Shown here: positions 22,207 to 33,104 of the stretch, piece by piece
Layout: the number at the start of each line of letters is the position of its first letter
Numbering within the stretch: position 1 is the first letter of the stretch
The notes under the pieces: model-generated
Told to the model about the DNA's origin: nothing
Database searches by the model: none
Seen by the model: the letters and a program-made list of their open reading frames with translations, nothing else
Source: Candidatus Eiseniibacteriota bacterium
GTDB lineage: Bacteria > Eisenbacteria > RBG-16-71-46
Length of the DNA: 64,000 nucleotides
NCBI GenBank assembly: GCA_963717935.1
Contig: CAVQXP010000002.1
Coordinates: forward strand, 397,539 to 461,538
Direction: 5' to 3'
Position numbers and translations under genes: made by a program

Positions 22207-23960
22207 AGTTCACCGGCATGGCGGCATCGCCCGGGGTGGGTGTGGCCCCCATCTGCCTGCTGGAGCGCGAGGAGCTGGCGGTGCGCGACACCGCGGTCCC
22301 CGCGCAATCGGTGGAGCAGGAGGTGGCGCGCTTCCATGCCGCCCTCGAGGCCTCGCGCGCCGACCTCGCCAGCATCCGCGACCGCATCTCCCGCGAACTG
22401 AGCGAAGCCGAGGCCGAGATCTACAACGCCCACCTGATGATCCTCGGCGATCCCGACCTGGTGGGCGCGGTCGAGCAGGGCATCCGCGAGCAGCGCCGCA
22501 ACGCGGCCTGGGTGTTCCGCGGCCACATGGCGAGCGTGGCGGCGCACCTGGCGAACGTGCAGTCGGAGCACCTGCGCGAGCGCCAGGCCGACGTGCTCGA
22601 CGTGGAGCGGCGCGTGCTGCGCTACCTGCTCGGTGACGGCCACCGGGCGCCCTTCCTGCCCGAGCGGCCCTCCGTGCTGGTCGCGCACGACGTCGCGCCC
22701 AGCGAGATCGCCCTGCTCGACCGCGAACGCATCGTCGGCATGGTGACCGAGGTGGGCTCGCGCTCCTCCCACTGCGCCATCGTGGCCCGCGGCCGGGGCA
22801 TCCCGGCGGTGGTCTCCTGCCGGGGCATCCTGCAGCGGGCCGCGAACGGCATGGTGGGCGCGGTGGATGGCTTCCTGGGCACGGTGGAGCTCGACCCCGA
22901 TGCCGAGACCACGGAGTTCTTCGTCGCCCGGCGCAAGCGCATCGAGGAAGAGGACCGCTCGCTGCTCCTGATCCAGGACCAGCCGACCGTCACCCTCGAC
23001 GGGCACGCCATCGACCTGGGCGCGAACCTCGAGCTGCCGGGCGACGTCGAGCGGGCGCTCAGCGTGGGGGCCGCCAGCGTCGGGCTGTTCCGCACCGAGT
23101 TCTTCTACCTGGACCGGCTCGAACTGCCGTCGGAGGAGGAGCAGTACCAGGCCTACCGTGGCGTGGTGGAACGCATGAGCCCGCGCCCGGTGCTGTTCCG
23201 CACCATGGACGTCGGGGGCGACAAGGTGGCCTCGTACCTCGGCACCATCCACGAGAACAACCCCTTCCTCGGCCGGCGCGGCATCCGCCTGTCGCTCGAG
23301 TTCCCGGAGGTGTTCCGCGCCCAGGTGCGCGCCATCTACCGGGCCAGCGCCCACGGCCGGGTGCGCATCATGTTCCCGATGGTCTCGAACCTGGACGAAC
23401 TGCTGAGCGCCCGGGCGATGTGCCACGGAGTGCGCGACGAGCTGACGCGCGCGGGGGTGCCGCACGATCCCGGGCTGGAGATCGGGCTCATGATCGAGAC
23501 CCCGAGCGCGGTCTGGATGGCGGACGTGCTGGCGCGCGAGGCGGACTTCTTCTCGATCGGCACCAACGACCTGACCCAGTACACGCTGGCCATGGACCGC
23601 GGCAACGAACGGCTTGCGCACCTGTACGAACCGCTCGATCCCTCGGTCCTGCGCAGCGTCCGCCACACCGTGCAGGTCGGGCACGCGGCCGGCCGCTGGG
23701 TGGGCGTGTGCGGGGAGATGGCCGGGGACCCGCAGGTCGCGGTGCTGCTCGTCGGGCTCGACGTGGACGAGTTGTCCGTGGCCTGCTTCGACCTGCCGCG
23801 CGTCAAGGCGGCGATCCGCGGGGTGACGCGCGAGGGCGCCCGCCGGCTGGCCGACGAGGCCCTGGCGCAGTCCACGGCCGACGCCGTGAAGGAGGTGCTG
23901 CAGCGCCACTGCGACATGCTGCTGCCCCGCGGTCAGGGCCGCCGCGGAGGTTCGTCATGA
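22203..23960 (+). CDS. ptsI: PTS enzyme I
   Basis: SSHCAIVAR (phospho-His), GLFRTEF, RTMDVGGDK, NPFLGRRGIR, FSIGTNDLTQY, CGEMAGD. Confidence 0.96.
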   Translation: MKFTGMAASPGVGVAPICLLEREELAVRDTAVPAQSVEQEVARFHAALEASRADLASIRDRISRELSEAEAEIYNAHLMILGDPDLVGAVEQGIREQRRNAAWVFRGHMASVAAHLANVQSEHLRERQADVLDVERRVLRYLLGDGHRAPFLPERPSVLVAHDVAPSEIALLDRERIVGMVTEVGSRSSHCAIVARGRGIPAVVSCRGILQRAANGMVGAVDGFLGTVELDPDAETTEFFVARRKRIEEEDRSLLLIQDQPTVTLDGHAIDLGANLELPGDVERALSVGAASVGLFRTEFFYLDRLELPSEEEQYQAYRGVVERMSPRPVLFRTMDVGGDKVASYLGTIHENNPFLGRRGIRLSLEFPEVFRAQVRAIYRASAHGRVRIMFPMVSNLDELLSARAMCHGVRDELTRAGVPHDPGLEIGLMIETPSAVWMADVLAREADFFSIGTNDLTQYTLAMDRGNERLAHLYEPLDPSVLRSVRHTVQVGHAAGRWVGVCGEMAGDPQVAVLLVGLDVDELSVACFDLPRVKAAIRGVTREGARRLADEALAQSTADAVKEVLQRHCDMLLPRGQGRRGGSS

Positions 23961-25031
23961 GCGGGCTCGAACCGCCCTACGGCGAGCGGGACCGCGGCGG
24001 CATGGCCGCGCGCATCGCGGGCATCCCGGAGCAGATCGAACAGGCGCTCGAGCGGCTCGCGGCGCGTCCCTGGCCCGCGCCGCGAGCGCGAGCCCGCGCG
24101 GCTGGTCGTGGGCGGCATGGGCGGGTCGGCCATCGCCGCCGACCTGACGCGCGGGCTCTACGAGGACCACCTGCCCCGGCCGCTCGAGGTGGTGCGCACC
24201 TACCGCTGGCCGGGCTGGGTGGCGGGCGACGCCCTGGCGCTGCTCTCCTCGTACTCGGGCGACACCGAGGAGACGCTCGCGCTCTACCGCGACGCCACGA
24301 GCCGCGGGGTGCCGCGGCTCGCGCTCACCACGGGCGGGGCGCTCGGCGCGCTGTGCGCGCGCGACGGCGTGTTCGCGCAGCCGCTGCCGCCCGGCTCGCC
24401 GCCCCGCGCGGCGCTGTTCGCCTCGTGGGTGGCGCTCACCGGGCTGCTGCACGCGCTGGGCTGGGTCGAGGACCCGGCGCCCGGGTGGCGCGAGGCGGCG
24501 CAGCTGCTGCGCGACCGCGACGGCCAGCTGGGGCCGGCCGCGCCCGAGTCGGGGAACCCGGCGAAGCAGCTGGCGCGCGCCCTGGAGGGGCGGCTGGTGT
24601 ACGTCTACGCCGGCGCGGGCCCGCTCGAGGCCGTGGCCCTGCGCTGGCGGCAGCAGCTCCACGAAAATGCTAAGGTGCTCGCTCATTCGGCGGTGGTGCC
24701 GGAGCTCGACCACAACGAGATCGTGGGTTGGGAGCGCCCCGGGGCCCTGCACCGCGGCATCGCGGTGGTCGCGCTGAACGACCCCGAGGACGCGCCGGAG
24801 ATCCGCGCCCGGCTCGCGCTCACGGCCGAGTACGCGCGCCGCCAGGGCGCCGCGGTGCACGAGTGGGAGGCGGCGCCGGGCCCGCGGCTGGCGCGGCTCG
24901 CCTCGCTGGTGCAGTTCGGTGACTACCTGAGTCTCTACCTCGCGCTGCTGGGCGGGGTCGATCCGACCTCGATCCCCAGCATCGACGAATTCAAGCGGCG
25001 GTTGTCGAGCCGCGGGAGTCCTTCAGCGTGA
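23957..25031 (+). CDS. Bifunctional phosphoglucose/phosphomannose isomerase (SIS), frameshift ~24085
   Basis: GMGGSAIA, SSYSGDTEET, TTGG, NPAKQLA, ENAK, PELDHNEI, GDYLS, GVDP. Confidence 0.9.
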
Positions 25032-26021
25032 CGCCCGAGATCTTCGCCGTCATCCCGGTGGCCGGCGTGGGCACGCGCCTGCGGCCGCACACGCACACCC
25101 TGCCCAAGGTGCTGCTGCACGTGGCCGGCAAGCCCATCCTCGCGCACATCCTCGACGACCTGCCCGGGCTCGGCATCCGGCGTGTCGTCCTGATCGTGGG
25201 CCACATGGGCGACCTGGTGCGCGAGTACGTGGACGCGCACTACCAGAACCTCGAGGTGGACTACGTCGAGCAGCCCGAACCGATGGGCCTGGGTCACGCG
25301 GTCTCGCTGGCCGCGCCCTTCGTCGGCGACGGGCGCGTGCTCATCATCCTCGGCGACACGATCTTCGCGGCCGACCTCAAGCCGGTGCTGGCCGGGGGCG
25401 TGAACAGCATCGGCGTGAAGGAGGTCCAGGACCCGCGGCGCTTCGGCATCGTGGAGCGGGGGCCCGACGGCCGGGTCACGCGCACTGGTCGAGAAGCCCG
25501 AGCATCCGACCTCGAACCTGGCGATCACCGGCATCTACTACTTCGACCGCGGCCGGCCGCTGTTCGACGCGCTGGCCGATCTGCAGCGGCGCGACCTGCG
25601 CACCAAGGGCGAGTTCCAGCTCACCGACGCCATGCAGCTGCTGGTCTCGCGCGGCGAGCTCATCACCACCTTCCTGGTGGACGGCTGGTACGACTGCGGG
25701 AAGACCGAGACCCTGCTCGAGACCAACCGCGTGCTGCTCGGCAAGTGCAACGGCGCCAAGGCCATCGCCGGCTCGGTCGTGCATCCGCCGATCTGCATCG
25801 CGGGCGATGCCGTCATCGAGAACTGCATCCTCGGGCCGCACGTCTCGGTCGCGGCCGGGGCCCAGCTCAGGAACGCCGTGGTGCGCGATGCCATCATCAA
25901 CGAGAACGCCACGGTCGAGGACATCATGCTCGAGAGCTCCGTGGTGGGCGTGAACGCCGTGGTCCGCGGCGGCTACCGCCGCGTCAACGTCGGCGACTCG
26001 AGCGAAGTGAACTTCACCTAG
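25028..26021 (+). CDS. Sugar-phosphate nucleotidyltransferase (Glc-1-P thymidylyltransferase-like, LbH C-terminus), frameshift ~25485
   Basis: PVAGVGTRLRPHTHTLPK, GLGHAV, LGDTIF, VEKP, GEFQLTDA, WYDCG. Confidence 0.9.
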
Positions 26022-26102
26022 ACAGCCCTGCGCCGGGCGCCCGGCGGCCCCGGCCATCGCGATCCACCCCTGACCCGATCCGTACTTCCGGAGAACGTTC
26101 CC

Positions 26103-27248
26103 ATGGGCGCTCGTCACCTCTTCACCTCCGAGTCCGTCACCGAAGGCCACCCCGACAAGATCGCCGACCAGATCTCCGATTCGGTGCTCGACGCGCTGAT
26201 CGCGCAGGACAAGACGAGCCGCGTGGCCTGCGAGGTGCTGGTCACCACCGGGCTCGCCTTCGTGGCGGGGGAGATCACCAGCCGTGGCTACGTCGAGATC
26301 CCCTCGCTGGTGCGCCGGGTGATCGGCGAGATCGGCTACGACAGCGCCGAGTTCGGCTTCGACAGCCACACCTGCGCGGTGATCACGGCGATCGACGACC
26401 AGTCGCCCGACATCGCCCTGGGCGTGGACAAGGGCGGCGCCGGCGACCAGGGCCTGATGTTCGGCTTCGCCTGCCGCGAGACCCCCCAGTTGATGCCCCT
26501 GCCCATCATGCTCGCGCACGCCATCACCCGGCGGCTCGCGCAGGTGCGGCGCAGCGGCACCATCCCCTACCTGCGCCCCGACGGGAAGTCGCAGGTCACC
26601 ATCGAGTACGAGGACGGCAAGCCGCTGCGGGTGGACACCGTGGTGGTCTCGAGCCAGCACGCGGACGGCGTCAAGCACGCGGTGATCGAGCGCGACGTCA
26701 TCGAGAAGGTGGTGATGCCGGTGCTGCCCAAGCGGCTGCTCAAGCGCGACCGCAAGCCGAAGTTCTACATCAACCCGACCGGCTCGTTCGTCAAGGGCGG
26801 CCCGATGGCCGACACCGGGCTCACCGGGCGCAAGATCATCGTGGACACCTACGGCGGCGTGGGCAGCCACGGCGGTGGCGCGCTCTCGGGCAAGGACCCC
26901 AGCAAGGTGGACCGCTCGGCCGCCTACGGCGCGCGCTACGTCGCCAAGAACCTGGTGGCGAGCGGCCTGTGCGACCGCGCCGAGGTGCAGATCGCGTACG
27001 CCATCGGCGTGCCCGAGCCGGTGAGCATCATGGTGGACACCAAGGGCACCGGGAAGGTGAGCGACCACAAGCTCACGGACCTGGTGCGCAGGCACTTCGA
27101 CCTGTCGCCGCTCGGGCTCATCCGGGACCTCAAGCTGCGCCGTCCCATCTACCGTCTGACCGCGGCCTATGGCCACTTCGGCCGCAGCGAGCCCTCGTTC
27201 ACCTGGGAGAAGACGGACAAGGCACGGCTGCTGGCGAAGAGCGTCTAG
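26103..27248 (+). CDS. metK: S-adenosylmethionine synthetase
   Basis: [57 protein letters not shown]. Confidence 0.98.
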   Translation: MGARHLFTSESVTEGHPDKIADQISDSVLDALIAQDKTSRVACEVLVTTGLAFVAGEITSRGYVEIPSLVRRVIGEIGYDSAEFGFDSHTCAVITAIDDQSPDIALGVDKGGAGDQGLMFGFACRETPQLMPLPIMLAHAITRRLAQVRRSGTIPYLRPDGKSQVTIEYEDGKPLRVDTVVVSSQHADGVKHAVIERDVIEKVVMPVLPKRLLKRDRKPKFYINPTGSFVKGGPMADTGLTGRKIIVDTYGGVGSHGGGALSGKDPSKVDRSAAYGARYVAKNLVASGLCDRAEVQIAYAIGVPEPVSIMVDTKGTGKVSDHKLTDLVRRHFDLSPLGLIRDLKLRRPIYRLTAAYGHFGRSEPSFTWEKTDKARLLAKSV

Positions 27249-27256
27249 CCGTTCCG

Positions 27257-27383
27257 CCGCGAGATCGGGGACGGCGCGGGGATCCGCTGCGAATCCCCGC
27301 GGTCCATCCCGCACTGCGGCGGCCTGCGGGCTGCGCAGCATCTTGACCGCGGGGGATTCGTGCTCTCTGCGTCTCCATCGCGG
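27257..27383. repeat. Long nested inverted-repeat element after metK
   Basis: CGAATCCCCGCGGTC (27290-27304) pairs with GACCGCGGGGGATTCG (27345-27360); inner CCCGCA/TGCGGG stem; outer CCGCGA/TCGCGG. Confidence 0.55.
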
Positions 27384-27501
27384 CGCTCGCGATCCTGGCA
27401 GCCGGCGTGGTCGGTTCCGTGATTGCCGGGCGGCGAGACCCGGGTCGGTGGGCGGCCGGGCGCTGGACGGCCCAGCGCGTCGGCGGAGGCCAAGGACGCA
27501 C

Positions 27502-28068
27502 ATGACGGCGAAGACCCTCGGGACCCTGGACGTCCGCACCCGGCAGGCATGGCGGAAGTGGCTGCGGGAGCACCACGACGCGGTGGCCGGGATCTGGCTC
27601 GTCTTCCACAAGCGCCACACGGGGGTCGGGTGCCTGGCCTACGACGACGCGGTCGAGGAGGCGCTCTGCTACGGCTGGATCGACAGCATCCTCAAACGCC
27701 TCGACGACGAGCGGTACGTGCGGAAGTTCACGCCGCGCAAGGCCGGCAGCCGTTGGTCCACCGCGAATCGCCGGCGCCACGCCGACCTCGAGGTGCGCGG
27801 GCGGCTGGCGGCGCCGGGACGGGAGCGCGCGCCGACGGAGCGCAGCGGGGACTCCCCGCGCCGCGCCGGGCCGGGGCTTCCCGCGTACCTCGAGCGGGCG
27901 TTGAAGGCGAATCCCCGCGCCTGGGCACACTTCCGACAACTGGCCCCGTCGCGCCAGCGGAACTACGTCGGCTGGATCGACTCGGCGAAGCGCGAGGAGA
28001 CGAGAGAGCGTCGCCTGCGCGAGGCGCTGGAGGTCCTGGCGGCTGGCGGGAAGCTGGGGATGAAGTGA
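27502..28068 (+). CDS. YdeI/OmpD-associated (OmdA) family protein
   Basis: WRKWLREHH, AVEEALCYGWIDS, FTPRK..SRWS, WIDSAKREETRERR. Confidence 0.9.
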   Translation: MTAKTLGTLDVRTRQAWRKWLREHHDAVAGIWLVFHKRHTGVGCLAYDDAVEEALCYGWIDSILKRLDDERYVRKFTPRKAGSRWSTANRRRHADLEVRGRLAAPGRERAPTERSGDSPRRAGPGLPAYLERALKANPRAWAHFRQLAPSRQRNYVGWIDSAKREETRERRLREALEVLAAGGKLGMK

Positions 28069-28191
28069 GGCGGTGCGGGGCCGGACGGCCGCACGGGGCG
28101 TGGTCGTGCCGGCCGGGCGCCCCCAGGGGGGCCGCGGAGCGGCTCCCCGCCGGCGTGCTGGATTGACGCACCGACACCACAAGGGAGTGAC

Positions 28192-28731
28192 ATGCTCAAG
28201 CCGATCCTCGACCGTCGCAGCATCCGCAAGTACACGTCGGAGCCCGTCTCGGACGCCGCCGTTCGGCAGATCCTCCAGGCGGCGCGCCTGGCGCCCTCGA
28301 GCAACAACTCGCAGCCCTGGCACTTCATCGTCGTTCGCTCGGAGGAGCGGCGGCGGGCCATCGCGGAGGTCTCACACCGCCAGGCGTGGATGGTCGAGGC
28401 GCCGGTGCACGTGGTCTGCGTCGGCGACATCGGCTGCCGCATCCCGGACTACCAGGGACCGCCCCTGGACGAGGACAGTCCGTTGCCCGAGTTGAAGAAG
28501 GTGATCCTCGACGTGGCCATCGCCGTCGAGCACCTCGCGCTCGAGGCCACGAGCCTGGGCCTCGGCACCTGCTGGGTCGCCTGGTTCACGCAACGGGAGA
28601 TCCGCCCCGTGCTCGGGATCCCGGAGGACAAGTACGTGGTCGCGGTCGTCACCGTCGGCCACCCGGCCGAAGGCCCCGCGCCGCGCGCCCGCCGGCCCCT
28701 GGACGAAGTGGTACGCGAGGAGCGCTGGTAG
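28192..28731 (+). CDS. Nitroreductase family protein
   Basis: RRSIRKY, APSSNNSQPW, LGLGTCWV, GHP, RRPLDE. Confidence 0.92.
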   Translation: MLKPILDRRSIRKYTSEPVSDAAVRQILQAARLAPSSNNSQPWHFIVVRSEERRRAIAEVSHRQAWMVEAPVHVVCVGDIGCRIPDYQGPPLDEDSPLPELKKVILDVAIAVEHLALEATSLGLGTCWVAWFTQREIRPVLGIPEDKYVVAVVTVGHPAEGPAPRARRPLDEVVREERW

Positions 28732-28872
28732 CACGGGCCCGGGCGGGCGGCAGTGCGCGCCCCTTCCTGTGGCACCTTCCTCGTCCTTTCGGCCGCTGCG
28801 CCGCCTGTGCCATAGTGCCACCTTCTTCCCCTGGACCCCCGCTTCACGACCCGCAATGGAGGGACCCACCCC

Positions 28873-30465
28873 ATGCCCGCCCCGACTCCGCCGCGTCGCG
28901 CATCACGCCGGACGCTCTCGTGGCTCCTCACGCTCGCGCTGGCCGCCGCGCTGGCCGGCCCCGCGGCCGCCGCGCCGAAGGTTGCGACGAAGGCCGCGCC
29001 CGTACGTACCGGCCTCGAGAACCTCGAGAAGCAGGTCAAGGAGTTCACGCTCCCCAACGGCCTCAAGTTCATCGTGGTCGAGCGGCACAATGCGCCGGTC
29101 TTCTCGTTCGAGACCATGGTGAACGCCGGCGGTGTGGATGAGCAGGTGGGGACCACCGGCATCGCCCACATGATGGAGCACATGGCCTTCAAGGGCACCG
29201 CGGTGGTGGGTACGAAGGACTGGGCGAAGGAGCAACCCCTGCTCGCCGCCGAGGAGAGCGCCTGGCAGGCGCTGCGCGACGAGCGCCGCCGGGGCCTGCG
29301 CGCCGACACCACGCGGCTGGCCGCGCTGCAGCAGGCGTTCGGCGAGGCGCAGGAGGCGGCCCGCGAGCAGGTCGAGCCGAACGAGTTCTCGCGCATCATC
29401 GAGGCGGCCGGCGCCCCGGACATGAACGCCGAGACCAGCGACGACGTCACCCGCTACTACTACTCGCTGCCCTCGAACCGGCTCGAGCTGTGGGCGCTGA
29501 TGGAAGGCGGCCGCATGGCGAGCCCGGTGCTCCGCGAGTTCTACAAGGAGCGCGACGTCGTCTACGAAGAGCGCCGCATGGCGGTGGAGTCCTCGCCGTT
29601 CGGGCGGCTCTTCATGGGCTTCCTCAACATCGCCTACGTGGCGCATCCCTACAAGACCGGCGTGATCGGCTTCCCGTCCGACCTGAAGAGCTTCAGCCGC
29701 ACGCAGGGCGAGCAGTTCTTCCGCGAGCACTACGTGGCCAAGAACATGGCCGTCGCGGTGGTGGGCGACGTCACCGTGCCGGAGCTGCAGGCGCTCGGCA
29801 CCCGCTACTTCAACGCGATCTCCGACGCCCCCGCGCCGCCCCCGCTGGACACCCAGGAGCCCGAGCAGCAGGCCGAGCGCCGCGTCATCTTCGAGGACCC
29901 GGCGCAGCCCATGATCCTGGTCGGCTGGCACATCCCGGCCGGGAACGACCCGCGCTTCACCGCCTACGAGGCGCTCGCCAGTCTGCTGGGCGGCGGCGAC
30001 TGGGCGCGGCTCAACAAGGCGCTGGTGAAGGAGCGCAAGATCGCCGTGCAGTTGCAGGCCTTCGCCGGCCTGCCCGGCGAGAAGTACGCGAGCATGCTGG
30101 GCATGCTGGTCGTGCCCGCGAGCGGGCAGGACCCGCTCCAGGTCGAGCAGGCCGTCTACGACGTCATCGACAGCGTGCTGACCGTGAACCCGTTCACCGC
30201 CGCCGAGCTCGACGGCTACAAGGTGCGCGTGCGGGCGCGGAACATCGCCCGGGCCGAGGGCAACTCGAGCCTGACCGACGCGCTCTCGCGGGCGCAGATC
30301 CTGCAGGGCGACTGGCGGGAGTTCTTCCGCGAACAGGAGCGCGTGCAGGCGCTCCGGGTGGACGACCTGCGGGCCGCGATGGAACGCTCGCTGATCAAGA
30401 GCAACCGCACCGTGGGACTCATCGTGAACCCGCCGAAACAGGCCTCGAACGAGGGAGGGCGCTGA
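28873..30465 (+). CDS. Secreted M16 (insulinase/pitrilysin) Zn peptidase, catalytic subunit
   Basis: Signal peptide; LPNGL; GIAHMMEHMAFKG (HxxEH); NAET; ERDVVYEERR. Confidence 0.92.
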   Translation: MPAPTPPRRASRRTLSWLLTLALAAALAGPAAAAPKVATKAAPVRTGLENLEKQVKEFTLPNGLKFIVVERHNAPVFSFETMVNAGGVDEQVGTTGIAHMMEHMAFKGTAVVGTKDWAKEQPLLAAEESAWQALRDERRRGLRADTTRLAALQQAFGEAQEAAREQVEPNEFSRIIEAAGAPDMNAETSDDVTRYYYSLPSNRLELWALMEGGRMASPVLREFYKERDVVYEERRMAVESSPFGRLFMGFLNIAYVAHPYKTGVIGFPSDLKSFSRTQGEQFFREHYVAKNMAVAVVGDVTVPELQALGTRYFNAISDAPAPPPLDTQEPEQQAERRVIFEDPAQPMILVGWHIPAGNDPRFTAYEALASLLGGGDWARLNKALVKERKIAVQLQAFAGLPGEKYASMLGMLVVPASGQDPLQVEQAVYDVIDSVLTVNPFTAAELDGYKVRVRARNIARAEGNSSLTDALSRAQILQGDWREFFREQERVQALRVDDLRAAMERSLIKSNRTVGLIVNPPKQASNEGGR

Positions 30466-30467
30466 CC

Positions 30468-32629
30468 ATGACGACCGCACGCACGATGTTCCGCGTGGCC
30501 CTCCTGGGCCTGCTCGCGCTGGTCGCGGCGAGCCCCGCCGCGGGCGCAGGACGATGCGAAGTTCGATCCGAAGCAGCTCACGACCCCGCCGCTGCGGCGC
30601 GTGCAGGTGCCCAAGCCGGAGCGCTACGTGATGCCCAACGGCATCGTGGTCTTCCTGCTCGAGAACCACGACCTGCCGGTGGTGCGGGCGCGGGCGCTCT
30701 TCAAGTCCAGCCCGCTGTGGGTGCCCGGCCGAGAAGGCCGGGCTGGCCGACCTGACCGGCGAGGTCATCCGCAGCGGCGGCAGCGCCGCGCACGGCGGCG
30801 ACTGGCTCGACGACCGGCTGGCCGCCATCGGGGCCTCGATCAGCACCGGCGTCTCGACCGACCAGGCGAGCGGCGGCTTCCGCTGCCTGGCCGAGAACAC
30901 CGCCGAGGTCCTGGCGCTGTTCGCCGAGGTGCTGCGCGCGCCCGCGTTCCCCGCGGACAAGATCGAGCTGTCCAAGGTCGGCCTGCGGCAGGGCATCGCC
31001 AGCCGCAACGACGAGATGATCCCGATGCTGATCCGCGTCTCGACCGAGGCGGTCTACGGCAAGGACAACCCGTACGCGCGCAAGCCGGAGTACGCCACCG
31101 TCGAGGCCATCGCGCGGGAGGACTGCCAGACAGCTGCACGCGCGCGTCTTCCAGCCCAACCGCATGGTGCTGGCCGTCTACGGCGACTTCAAGGACGTCC
31201 GAGATGAAGAAGCTGCTGGCCGCGAAGTTCGGCGACTGGAAGCGGGGCGACGCCGCGGCGGTGCCGCCGCCGCCCGTGCGCCGGCGTGGCGAAGCCGCGG
31301 CTGGTGTTCGCCCCGAAGGAGGACGTCACCCAGGCCGGCGTCATCATCTGCGCACCTGGGCTTCCGCGCCGACGACCCCGACTACGCCTCGATGACCGTG
31401 TACGAGATGGCGCTGGGCGGCGGCTTCCAGTCGCGGCTGGTCAACAAGATCCGCACCGAGCGCGGGCTGGCCTACGCCGCCGGCGCCATGGCCGGCGCCG
31501 ACTTCGTCGCGCCCCGGCGTGTTCCTGGCCTACTCGCTCACCCGCACCGACTCGGCCCTCACCGCGCTCGACCTGCTGCGGGAGCGAGACGCGCAAGACC
31601 ACCGAGGCGCCCTTCACCGACGCCGAACTCAAGGCCGCCAAGGAGTCGGTGGTCAACGGGCTGGTGTTCAGCTTCGCCGAGCCTTCGGCGATCCTGTTCC
31701 GCTCGTCGTACTACGAGCTGACCGGCTACCCGCTCGACTTCCTGGAGCGCTACCAGAAGGCGCTCGAGGGCGTGAACGCGGCCACCGTGCTGAGGCCGCG
31801 AAGCGCAAGATCCACCCCGACCGGTTCGTGGCCGTCGTGGTGGGCAAGGAGAAGGAGTTCGAGAAGCCGCTCGAGAGCATGGGCCTGGCCGTCGAGCGCG
31901 CGGACATCAGCATCCCGCCGCCGGCCTCGAAGGTGGCGGCCGGCGAGGCCAGCCCCGCAGGCGCTGGCCCGGGGACAGGCGCTGCTCGCCAGGGCCGCCG
32001 GCCTGGCCGGCGGGAGCGCCGCCTGGGGCGCGATCAAGAGCGTGAGCATGAAGCGCGACGAGGTCATCACCATGCAGGGTCAGTCCATGGCGATGACCAG
32101 CGTCATGCACTGGCGGATGCCCGACCGCTACGTCGCCACGCGCAAGCTCGCCATGGGGGAGATCGCGCAGGGCTTCGACGGCACCAGCGGCTGGATGGCC
32201 GGCATGGGCCAGGTGCGGGACGAGCCCAAGGTGGGCGAGGAACTGAGGAAGCAGTACGAGCGCTCGTTCTTCCGGCTGTTCGCCGAGCCCGGCGCGTACC
32301 AGGTGCAGGCGCTGGACGAGCCCAGGACCGTGGACGGCGTGACCTGCAGCGTGGCGCTCGTCAAGAGCGAGACCACGCGGGACTGGCTGCTCTACTTCGC
32401 CCCCGACGGCGCGCTCGCCCGCATGGAGTACCTGGGCGAGGGCATGGGCGGCGGGCCGGCGAGGATCGCCGAGATCTACGGCGACTGGAAGCCGGTCGGC
32501 GACGTCCGCTACCCGCACAGCGAGAAGACGCTCATGGACGACAAGCCCGTGATGGAGGCCAAGGTCACGAGCCTGGAGCTGAACCCCACGCTGGCGGACG
32601 AGCTGTTCCAGAAGCCGGCGGCGAAGTAG
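30468..32629 (+). CDS. M16 non-catalytic partner subunit with an extra C-terminal domain; many frameshifts
   Basis: MPNG..FLLENHDLP, LGGGFQSRLVNKIRTERGLAY (R/Y motif), no HxxEH seen; ~230 aa beta-rich C-terminal extension. Confidence 0.8.
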
Positions 32630-32659
32630 GGGAGCGGCACGGGGCCCGGGAGGCCCGGA

Positions 32660-32696
32660 TCGAGGAGGCCAGCCCCGCATGGGCTGGCCTCTTCGA
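32660..32696 (+). terminator. Hairpin terminator after the M16 operon
   Basis: GAGGCCAGCCC-cgcat-GGGCTGGCCTC followed by ttcg. Confidence 0.65.
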
Positions 32697-32789
32697 TAGT
32701 TGCGCCCTGGGCGCGGTTAACATTCCGGGCCACCCTGGGCCAGGTGCCCCAGCGGCCGCGCGCGGCACGGGATGGGAGACGAAATGAGC

Positions 32790-32831
32790 TTGACCGCTCC
32801 GACCCGGAATCCTAACGTTAAAGCCGTTAGG
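32790..32831 (+). promoter_or_regulatory. Sigma70 promoter TTGACC-N17-TAACGT with an overlapping palindromic operator CCTAACG-N7-CGTTAGG
   Basis: Near-consensus hexamers; a perfect 7-bp inverted repeat covers the -10 and the predicted start site. Confidence 0.6.
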
Positions 32832-33104
32832 TGAACCGGCAGTCTGGATCGGAAGCGTCATGGCCCCACCGCCCTTGTTCCGAACCGAGACTTCCCCCCG
32901 GCCCTGCGCGGATGGCCCCTTGCCATCGGCGCGGGGCCGTTGTGTTTGTCCCCGGGCCGCGCCGACCTCGCCAGCGCGGCCGATGTGCACGGAGGCGAGA
33001 CTCCGAAGGAGGCTGGGAGTTGACTTGGCCTTTTGGGTCGTGGCCTTGAAGGGTTCCATGGCTACTCGGCTTGTGCGCGGCACACGTTGCCCTGCAGCGA
33101 AACC

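Noticed and set aside
32810..32832. CCTAAC...GTTAGGT resembling integron attC core sites
   Set aside because: Far too short for an attC, and there is no integrase or cassette array
32784..32834. 16-aa ORF MSLTAPTRNPNVKAVR with an upstream GGAG, a possible peptide ligand for the TPR activator
   Set aside because: It has no secretion signal and coincides with the promoter/operator, which explains the sequence better; revisit only if conserved
33078..33090. CGGCACACGTTGC, a sigma54-like site before the TPR activator
   Set aside because: GG-to-GC spacing is 8 rather than the required 10
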